From Stylophora pistillata (Eukaryota), in contig NW_019217887.1 of NCBI RefSeq assembly GCF_002571385.2, forward strand, positions 415,010-479,009: 64,000 nt of DNA. Reading direction: 5' to 3'. The notes below the pieces were generated by a model. That model worked only from the letters and a program-made list of their open reading frames with translations, searched no databases and had not been told where the DNA came from. This document shows positions 36,072 through 46,611 of the stretch, piece after piece (position 1 is the first letter of the stretch; the number at the start of each line of letters is the position of its first letter). Made by a program: the position numbers and the translations under genes.

Positions 36072-39000
36072 TCTTGCGTTCCACCGCGGGTCGGACGTCT
36101 TCAACACGATTCTGAAAGCTGTATAGGGTGTCTGGCCACCGTGGAGCTTTCACTTGGAGTGTTTATCTATCCTCGGTTGAAATCAAACTAACAGCGCTCT
36201 TGAGATACGTTTAGTTATAATTAACGCTAGCACTCATACCACTGACAACCCTTTACGTATGAAGACTTTTGTTACCGGATATTAGTGATATTGCGCTATG
36301 CGCTATCTTTGAGATGGGATCCGGAGACATTTCTAGATATTGAATCTCGCTGTATTATACCCCTGTCTTAAATAAAGCTTAAAAGTACTGAAAATATAAT
36401 AGAATTTCGAGAAAACTCGCCAGTTACACTCTTTCGTGATCATGTGTTCTCTCTGCTTGTTCAACGTGCAGCTATAACAACGGACGGAAATGAAAACTGT
36501 GCGTGATTTTACTTCAAAAACGAAGGCTTTTTGACACCTAGTGAGCTAGAATAATCGTTTCAATTGGTACCAAACCATTAACCATTTAAAAGCCATTACA
36601 CCGTTTTAATTAACCCATTGTACATGTTTATTTAGGGGACCTACGAAATCAAGGAACGACATCCTTTCGCTGTGCTTCAATAAGAGCAAACAGATTTGCC
36701 ACAGGTAAGTCTTTCGAAACTGCTTTCCGGTCAGGGCGTCTTCTAATGCGCTCTCCTGAGAGGCTTTTCCGCTGCTCAAAGCTCGACAATATCTCTTTTG
36801 TCTCCCTGACAAAAGTTGTTGGTTTGTAGTGTATGCAGCGTTTACACAAATTAGGTTCAAACTGGTGGAGATGAATAGCGAATCAGCACGTGATAATCTG
36901 CACGAAACTGCATGTTAGTTTACGAACGATGTAGAGATTACACTAATTATATTCAAAAGGGTGTTGGTCGAAAATAATCCCAAACTCATGATCACTGTCG
37001 ATGTTTTTACCTTAGCTCGGAAAGGCGACTGTTAATATAAGGAAATCTGTTATCTCTATGGAATCAAAACTTTCCTTTTATTATGTGAACTTTAAAAAGC
37101 CCGCATACTCTTGTAGTGATTGTCTGGCTTGTAACTACCAGCATGGGTCACAATTAGTGGTACACTGTGTCATATATATTTGTAGTACTTCAAATGGACA
37201 CTTTAACTGAAAGTACCATCACTATGATCGACGGAGATGTTGTTTTCGAAGCTAACTTGGTTTTATCAACTGTCACTTGATAATGTGAATTCGCACTGTC
37301 GAAGGCTGACGATCGAAATGTCAGCTTGAGAAATTCGTTACGGTGGCCAATTCACATTTAACTCGACTGATAAAACCAAATTATTTTGTAATACCCCACT
37401 CTGACACAGCATCATAGTTTCCAACTTGCTTCTTGGCAATTTAGTCATCTTTTTTTCAGTCATATTGTTGGGAATTTGTTTGATGCCTATAAATACTTAT
37501 TTTCTTTATATATTTAATTCTAAAGTGTTTAAGTGCACACAGTGTCAACCTTGAAACTTATCGGAAGTGGATCAACATTATACGACTCTAATAATAAATC
37601 ACTCCACAGTTTAAATCTAGACACGTACATATGAGCATACTGTTTGGCCAAGAGCACGTCCTTGTGGTTCATTTAGCAGAGCAACCGACCGCAAATTGAA
37701 AATCGCTGAGCTGAGGTCAGTTTGCTACATCAAGGGGTACTCATAGTTTTTCTTAAGCTTTGCCCCTTCCTTTTGAAACAATGTTTGATATCTGAACTGA
37801 CGGTTTACAGCTTTTTTATCACTTAGAGTTCCCTTTGAGCGCTTTGATATTACGTAAGCATGTTGTTATTGTTTCCATCTTATTTTATTTCTGGCCACTA
37901 GAGATTTCAATCCATTTTGATGAAGGAAAAGCTTTACAAGGTCGAAAACGTGTAGCTGAGTTGGACGTGCGTCAATTAGGAATGATAACTGATTTTCGCT
38001 TCTTTCAGAATCAAACTAGAGGCGAATTAATACAGATATCACGTAGAGATTAACGTAGAAAGTTCCAGAGATTTGGAGTGGCCAGGTTATTCTAAAGACA
38101 AACAACAAGAGATGATTCCTACCGATTGTAAGAATAGATAATTTCAGGAAAACAACATCCAGTTAGCGGTCTGATATTTATCAAGAAAGTTGACTGTAAT
38201 GATCGAAAAATTTGTGACTTTTGGTAAGGTTTGGGTGATGAATGAAATATTGCTATTGTGGTGTGCACCGGATACGTCTATAGGTCTGTGCAAAAGAGCG
38301 AACCAAGAGAGAGAGTTATCGCAGTTATGTTAGATGATTTATAGAAGTCTCAAGTTGATATTGACAACCTGAACAAATTCATTGATCATGGAAGATAAAT
38401 ACGAATACATGGCTTTTACGTCTAAATACGCCGTTTGTATTAATCTGCAGAAGAATAATTCACAGGTTCACAGATAATCAGATGGGAATCAAACGAGAGA
38501 TGGCCGTTGAAAATATTCCCGATACTACACCTGCACCTACCACACCCGTCGAATTCAGTGCAGTTTAGGCAAAAAGGGAAGAATTACCACAGATTAACTT
38601 TTGAGCCAGATAATTCAACTTCGAACGACTTTCTTTTCGTGATGGGGGAATTTTTTACCAGTGACACAAGCTCTCGCATAGGAGTGCTTACATCATAAAG
38701 GAGTCCGCCGGGCCTATCACCTAAAGATTTCTCAGGAGCGCAAGTGATCAGTCGCTGGAGCATAAAGACTCTTCAAGGGACATGTGTTGGCTAGACCCTG
38801 TAATAAGGTTCATATGTTGAACACCCCATACAAAGGCAGGATTTGACTGTCGGTGTGAAATTCATAGCAATGATGACGTGGAAAACATCAATGGTATGAT
38901 AAAATTACGTCTAGACTTCAAATAATTTGGCGGCATTTGACCGCATTTTTGAGCGCCCCGGCCAGCTAACCAGTGTCATTTTTAAGGCAGCAATGTAGCT

Positions 39001-40925
39001 GTAAACAATATGCTAATGCCGATCCCCTACTTTGCGTCCAAACCTTAACAAGCTTTTAAAACTCTTTTAGTGAAAGTTGAATATTTTAAAACCGTTATTG
39101 GAAACTATGAATCTTCCGGAATAACAATCTTTTGTGCAGTGGTCTGAAAAAGGCTAAAACGACCGCCATCTTGAATTTGAAACAAAGCAATACCGTCATG
39201 GTAGACGCAGGCTGAAGCCACGAACACATAGCTAGGAATACAAATAGCTGCTTTCGCGCCTCACAACGCAGTATAAGCATATTGTGTAAGTGCCATGTTT
39301 TTCCGGTATTACTTCAGCGGAAGAGCTAATGCATTTGTTTAAATTTCTTTATAAATCAGTAAGTTAGTATAGTTTGCGGATTTTGCCAGTATATTGACCA
39401 CTAGTCTGAGGATTCTTTTCTTGGCTAATGCAATATTTGGTTTTCCTGTTGTACTTACCAGTAACCGCAACATCTGCGTAATTCCTTTCGGTCGCGTTTA
39501 CTCTCCTGTGATCGTTAAAAAGGCGGACTCCCCACATTTAAGCTAGAGAAAGTTTTTTGCGAGTGGCAGAGAAACGCCCAGTTCACACGTGCACACGTAT
39601 GATGCAAAACAAACTGGCAAGCGTCAACACAAGAAAAGAAATCCTTTTCATTTTCTTAAAAGCGTATTTGCATCTCGTTCGCTTCCCCAGAAGTGGGCCT
39701 ACAAGACGGTATGTTTTACGAAAGAATGTAAATACATACATTAAATGACCAGCTTCCAGTTGGTAATAAACCAGTTTAATAAATTATTTCAATACTGAGC
39801 GATGGTGAGTGCGATCGTTCAGATAGTACATTTTTGGGCTTTATCAAATTTGGGGGGAAGTGCCGCTATCGTTAGCTTCCTCTGCGTCAAAGGCCAACTT
39901 TCGATTTGCATCAGAGCTGTTACGAAAGTTTAACGCGTGAAAGAAACAAGTGTTTTTTTTTTTTTTCTCCGTTTTTTTTTTTTTTCTGCATGGCGTGCTG
40001 CGCTTGGTGATGAGGAGCAGGAGAGGTTTGCAAACTATGGGACGAGGCAACACTTTTCACCTATGGACCAAACAATGTAGTTCTCCATTTAGGAAAAAAA
40101 ATTTCTCCTAAATAAAAAAAAATTAATAACAAATCAAAACATCTCAGATTCTCTTGACGTTCGCTCACAATCAGTTAGGAGATGTATTTGTAAACTTTAT
40201 TTATTCATCTATCAAAATATTTCAATATTCATTTTATTTCAGTATTTATTTCTTTTCCATTTATCTGAATCAAAATATTTCAATCAGTGTTTTTTTAGTT
40301 TACTATATATTGACTTCATCTTTTGAAATAGCTGTATTTAAATGATAAACTGAATTAGTCAAGTATTAGATTAGTTCTTATTCATGATCTAGTCACTCAG
40401 GAGGACAGATGCACAGACGAAATCACCATTAACATTTTTCTTTCTTACCATATAAAACAAACAGATTCCACGTTGATGTTGGGTCTGCACAGTCATAGAT
40501 TACCGAAGACGTCGAAATGTAGCAAGAAAATCAGTGACGCAGAGAATTTCTGTTAAAACTACACGACACTGATATCAAAGTTCAAAGCATATTGTGACTT
40601 TAACTTTTGTCCTAAAAGTCATATCAGTCCTGTTCCCTCAACTTCTAGTTCAAATTAAAAACCATTGTAAGGTTATCCAATTATCAATTAAAATGATTTT
40701 CTCTTAATAGCGAGCAGTTTTCAATACATAATTGGAACATGCTTAAAATTCATATGACCATCACTGGGCTGAAAAACATCCCTGAAAATAATAGTCTTTG
40801 TTTATACATACTTCTTTGAGGTCTATATTGTAAGTTACAGAACAAGTGTTTTCTGCCAGATTTATGGCCAAAGCTTGCAGGCCATAAACGGTGGCAGATT
40901 CAGACCTCAAGCTAAGGGGGAACCT

Positions 40926-42039
40926 GTTTTTTTTGTTTTGTTTTGTTTTTTTTGTTTTTTTTTTGTGAGTGTGTGTGTACACCTGCTGGCTTTTCTTTCC
41001 ACTGTGTTTATTTTTTTTTTACTCAAAATAAGGGGGGGCTGGGCTTCACGAGAGTAGGCCCCTCCCATACATCCACCACTGATAAAAATTTTAGTAGAAA
41101 AAACAAGGTTCTGTATCTTACAGTACAGACTGAGAAAACACGGTCGGTGAGATATGTTTTATCTCAGTGGGTTCAAATAAAGGAAGAAAATTTCAATTTA
41201 AACAAACTTTTGAATTGAACCCTTTACACCCTAACATCAGTATGCATATTCTCCATACTGTTCTCTATACATTTTCTAAGGTGCTGACAAGAAGAATTTC
41301 TTTAACAATCAAAAGTTTCTTTAGTTGATGATCATTTCCTTTATTCTCCTGACCTTACTGTTTGATTCAAGGGACTGAAATTGTAAGGAGAAATTAGATG
41401 CAAGTCACTCTTAGGGGGGGTCAAAGGGTTAAGAAGTTGTACCAAAACTTAGGCCTGCTAAATTGACCAATAATAACACTCNTTTTTTTTTTTTTGTTTT
41501 TTTTTTTTTTTTTTTTTTTTGTGAGTGTGTGTGTACACCTGCTGGCTTTTCTTTCCACTGTGTTTATTTTTTTTTTACTCAAAATAAGGGGGGGCTGGGC
41601 TTCACGAGAGTAGGCCCCTCCCATACATCCGCCACTGATAAAAATTTTAGTAGAAAAAACAAGGTTCTGTATCTTACAGTACAGACTGAGAAAACAAGGT
41701 CAGTGAGATATGTTTTATCTCAGTGGGTTCAAATAAAGGGAGAAAATTTCAATTTAAACAAACTTTTGAATTGAACCCTTTACACCCTAACATCAGTATG
41801 CATATTCTCCATACTGTTCTCTATACATTTTCTAAGGTGCTGACAAGAAGAATTTCTTTAACAATCAAAAGTTTCTTTAGTTGATGATCATTTCCTTTAT
41901 TCTCCTGACCTTACTGTTTGATTCAAGGGACTGAAATTGTAAGGAGAAATTAGATGCAAGTCACTCTTAGGGGGGGGGTCAAAGGGTTAAGAAGTTGTAC
42001 CAAAACTTAGGCCTGCTAAATTGACCAATAATAACACTC
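40926..42039. repeat. ~555-bp direct tandem duplication joined by a single N
   Basis: About 40926-41481 and 41483-42039 are near-identical (about 4 substitutions plus homopolymer differences); n at 41482. Confidence 0.9.
41216..41432. mobile_element. ~200-bp piggyBac-like MITE family (TTAA|CCC..GGG|TTAA)
   Basis: ccctttacaccctaacatcagtatgcatattctcc..aaaggg|ttaa; about 10 diverged relatives, e.g. near 5994-6205, 14290-14495, 26277-26469, 29836-30032, 41772-41990, 47848-48031, 51140-51349. Confidence 0.7.
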
Positions 42040-42046
42040 GTACTAT

Positions 42047-42191
42047 AGGAAAATTCATTACTTGGCAAGGGAATTCTGCATTAAATTGCTCATGAAAACC
42101 GATATCTCTGGAATTGTGAAGCAATGCATGTGATATCAGTTTTCAAGTGCAATTTGATGTGGAATTCACAAGTCAAGTAATGAATTTTCCT
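42047..42191. repeat. Imperfect inverted repeat (about 58-bp arms), MITE-like
   Basis: aggaaaattcattacttg..aaaaccgatatc / gatatcagttttc..caagtaatgaattttcct. Confidence 0.65.
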
Positions 42192-42805
42192 TGAATCACA
42201 TAACTGAATAAAAACAAGAAAAAAACGAAAACAGCATTACTTATACCGGTAGTTGCTATGCATACGTAGATGCAAAACAATATCACTTCGCCTCACAATT
42301 CCACACTAAATACCTCACTTCATTAACCAATCAAATGCGAGACTTTATTCAATGATGCAATTCTCTCTGGGAGACATAATAATGAAAAGTACATTACAGT
42401 ATCTAGGGGTTCCACCAGACCAAGACTATGCAGAAACTGCTACTGTTACTCTAGTACACCCTACATGAAATACAACTCTAGGACCAATGCACTAATCCAA
42501 CACCACGCCTAGCGCTATAACTATATCATGATATCTGTTGGTGATGGTTTACAGCATTTGGAGGTTCAAATGTTCAAGTTAAAGGCTGTCTGAAAATTGT
42601 GAAGATTGGAAATAAGAAGGCACAAATTATCTATGTTACATATGGCTATCTTGTGTCATGTTATTTTAGGGTTTTGTTTCTTTGTTTTGTTTTGTTTAAA
42701 ACAAGGCAGCAAGTTTTTTAAGTTAAAAAAAACAGAACATACCTCCTTAAATTATGAATTATTCTTTGAAGTCATGTGCACTCTGTGGTGACCTCTCACT
42801 CTGAA

Positions 42806-45792
42806 TTACTCAAGTGTTCTGCAGAATTGTAAGAAAATGGAAACCAACACCACAAACAAAACTAAAAACATCAGATACACAGCAGGGGTGTTAGGTGCCT
42901 GCTCTTCCTTCTTTAGCAAGACACGAGTCTTTGTTGCATAAATCACATTTCCTGGAGCATCTTCAATAGCTTTTTTAGCTCCTTTCCATGCACCAGGGCC
43001 CATTAGACGATACTGGACTGGTGTACAAGGTCCAAAAAAGCACCTCAGGGCTAGTGTAGGATCACTGAAAAAGAGCTTTACCAAGTTTGGCTTGCAACCA
43101 ACCTGATTTGCCAATTCATCAGCATAGGGGATGTAGTCAACCTGTGAAAGTGAAGAGAGGTTTTTGCAGCTGAGATTAAAAACTATCTAAGATACATTCT
43201 GGAATAAAGATAAAATGAGATGCAACTATAGTTAACGAGTTTGGAGTTGGTATCCAAAAGCATTTGCTTTTATTCACTTCAAATTTCTAAACAAGCATCT
43301 AATGCTCTAAGAAGAAAAAGAAGTTTAAAGGATCTTTCAGTTAAAATCCTGTGAAAATTTCAGCCTGTTCTAAAGGCATTGAGTCCTTTTAAGGCCATGC
43401 CTGGCAAACACAGCATTTAGATATACTGCCTTAACTAAAGATATCTAACTTTGTGATTGAAAAGACTCCAGCCCCCTTTCAGCAGGTTTGGTTTTCTATC
43501 TCATTTATCATTAGGATTTTAAATTTCTTGTAATAATTGCTCAGTGATGTCATTTTACAAACAACATTGATGTGAGCAATCAGAATTCCCACACTTGCTG
43601 AAACTCTGCAAACATTGGTCAGCAGTGGATCCAGCATTTCCATAATGGAAAACCTCAAAACAAACCTGTAGTACAAATGCAAACTAGAGCCCTCATTCAA
43701 AACTCTAGATAGGACATGATCATCTACCAAACAGAGTGTGCTCTTCTTGATAATCACAGAAAAAATCATACAAAGAAATTGATATACCACTGATAGTACA
43801 TTGGAGCTTGGTTATTTTACCTGAATTGTGTGGCGTTTAGAAGTATAATATCTATTTTGCATGGCCTCTCTTTTCATTTCAACATCTTCCATCATGGCAT
43901 TCTTAGAGGGAAGGGGTGTTTTCCCACCAAACACTCGGGTTGCCCACCGTCCCTGGAGTTCTGACAGAGGGAAAATGGCACCAAGAGGTTGCACACATCC
44001 AATAACAGCAAGGGTTGGTTTGGTAAGGTTTGGTGGGAACACATATTTGTACAAATCAACTTTGTTGTCACTAACTGGGAGAATTGATTGATCAATGAAC
44101 CTGAATCCTATCTTGTACCCTGTGCAGAAGATCACAGCATCCAAGTCATTTATTTGGGTACCATCATCAAAGATAACTCCAGTTTCGGTGAAAGAGCTCA
44201 CATTAGGTTTAATGACAACACTTCCAATGATTATGCGGTGAGGCAGTGCATCATTGACCATTGGATGCTGACCAGCAATTGGATGTTGAGGCTGCAGTGC
44301 AAAAACTTCATGATCAAATCTCTCATTTAACATTTTTTTAAAAAGACTTGTTCGAAGGGAGTTTGGCAAAAGAGTCCCAAAACGCCTGTTGACCTGCTGG
44401 TCCAAAGGCTCGCCTCCCTTCCCCATGCGGGACAGGACCCAAGCCCCTCTGCGAGTACTGAGAAAGACTTGTTTAGTGTGACGACTGAGTTCCACAGCAA
44501 TATCACCACCAGAGTTCCCTATACCTGTAGATAGAAAAAATTTGCAGATCATTGCAAAACACACTGCTGCTTTAAACTAATAAATAAAATACGAGCGTGG
44601 GTAAACGTGCCTGAAAAGTAAGCCGGAGGCTCAAGTGCATACAGAAGGTAACCATGACAACCCTTGAAAGGCCATTAACAGGTAAACTGAGTTCTCAGTG
44701 TGACATAAATCTGATCACCTCTTAACTTCTGGGGTTGTTGAAGGAGCAATGGGAGCTAGTCAGGAGCATTGAAGAAAAGAATGATTAAGACTCAGATTAC
44801 TTTGCAAGGGTCATTGGCTATTCATTTTTGTCCAATAAAAAGTGATGACTAATGGAGACGACTGTCTCTCATCTGTTTATCAACTGCCAGACAAAGAGCA
44901 TGCAAAAACAAAAGGCTGAGGGATTTGGAAGTTTTATGCAATCTTCCCAATTTCCCAATTGTTTTGTTTTAATTTCATTTTAAACAAATTTCATTAGTAA
45001 TCGGCTTGACATAATAAATCATGATCAGATCGTGCCATTATGTGGCTACGCAATTTGTTTCAGACAAAAAAAAAAAGCCAGACAAAAATTACTTATCTTT
45101 GACACTGTTTCAAAGATTCTTAAGTTTGAAGGTTGGAGATAGGGGAGCAGAGATAGCCAGGAAATTTACTTGAAAAATTAAATATTTGATTCGGGGAGAA
45201 AAAGGTCAAGAGCAAAATACCTACCAACCACTAAGACTTTCGTGTTTTCAAATGGTTTAAAGTCTTTGTATGCATGGCTGTGGATCTTACGCCCTGAAAA
45301 TCCGTCCATACCGGGAAAGGTTGGCCACGAAGGATCTGAGTGGTGACCCACACAAAGCATCACAGCATCGTACACTTCTTTCTTCACTGCGTTGGGATTC
45401 TTGTCGTCAAGTTCTTGAAAGAGGATTTCCCATTTCCCGCTTTCATCAAAATCTGGCGCTTTCTTGAGGTCAACCACCTTAGTGCGAAACCGAATGTTTC
45501 TGTACAATTCGAATTCTTTCGCGTACAAATGGAGGTATTTCATGATCAATTGGTGATGCATAAACGGGGGATATTCTTTAGGGATTGGAAAATCCGAAAA
45601 GCACATCATTTCCTTGCTGGTGTTAATTACCGTTGACCTGTATACGGAGCTATGTCGCTCCTCCTCGGTAAAATACCACAGTCCTCCAATGGAGTCCTCT
45701 TGTTCGAAACATACCGGTTCTAATCCTTCGTCTTTGCAGCATTTTATGCAGGTAAGACCACTAGCTCCAGCTCCTATTATTGCAACCCTCAT
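42806..45792 (-). CDS. Flavin-containing monooxygenase, paralogue B (FMO5-like), 3 exons
   Basis: Exons 45792-45225, 44524-43821, 43141-42806, with the same intron positions as paralogue A. GAGASG, FSGRKIHSHAYK, GIGNSG, FCTGY, RHTIQVDY and a hydrophobic C-terminal anchor. Confidence 0.95.
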
Positions 45793-45925
45793 TTTTTTAA
45801 AGCGAAGTAAATAAGAGTTTAACTATCGCGGAAAAAATTAATTATCAGAACATATTCATTATGTTACATAACATCTGCTCTCTCTGATTAGGCAACTAAG
45901 GTTAAATAGAGCAGACTCATGTAAA

Positions 45926-46552
45926 CACAGGCAGCCCAAGCTCACTACAAGAAAAGAGGACGCGACTCCTACCGTGTTGCGCAACGTTTTGTATTTGTAT
46001 GAGATGTTATTGGTTTGCTTTAAGAGAGAGAAAAAATGTCTTGTTTTGAAATAAAATGGACTTACCTTATTGCCTTGTTGTTTTCGTTGTTGATTCCTAG
46101 CGTCTCAGGCCATTTTGAAGCGTTTTCGGCGAGTTAGCGCTATGTTTGTGTTCAACTGCTTAAAGAAGCAGTTGGACACCAACATAGCGCTAACTCGCCG
46201 AAAACGCTTCAAAATGGGGCTCATTCTCGGTGTAAAACCCTGTAAAGCTCACGAGTGACGTAAAACAAAGACAACAAAACACAAAAATAGCGTACAGCAA
46301 AACAATACCTCATGAAACAAAGAAAACCTCGTCAGATTTTTACACCGAGGATGACCCCAAAATGGCCTGAGACGCTAGGAATCAACAAAGACAACAACAA
46401 GGCAATAAGGTAAGCCCATTTTATTTCAAAACAAGACATTTTCCTCTCTATTTTAAGGCAAACCGATAACATCCCATACAAACCTTTATAAATATAAAAC
46501 GTTGCGTAAGAGTCACGTCCGCTTTTCCAGTCGTGAGCTTGGGCTGCCTGTG
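45926..46552. mobile_element. Foldback element (P/Galileo-like) between FMO-B and SHPK, with nested palindrome
   Basis: Termini CACAGGCAGCCCAAGCTCAC..GTGAGCTTGGGCTGCCTGTG; long inverted arms (about 215 bp excluding the nested insertion); flanks atgtaaa / aagtaaa (6 of 7 match). Confidence 0.78.
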
Positions 46553-46611
46553 AAGTAAAATGCACCAAAAATATCCTCACGCTTTGCAAGTTTCATTTGT
46601 TGCGTGACAAG

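Noticed and set aside
36200-39800. Possible decayed gene between the FMO paralogues (also in the FMO-A intron, 33600-34900)
   Set aside because: Complex sequence, but the frames I tried are interrupted by stops and show no recognisable motif; needs BLASTX.
40926-42039. 555-bp tandem duplication as a biological event
   Set aside because: The copies meet exactly at a single N and differ by a few SNPs, typical of two haplotype contig ends joined without merging.
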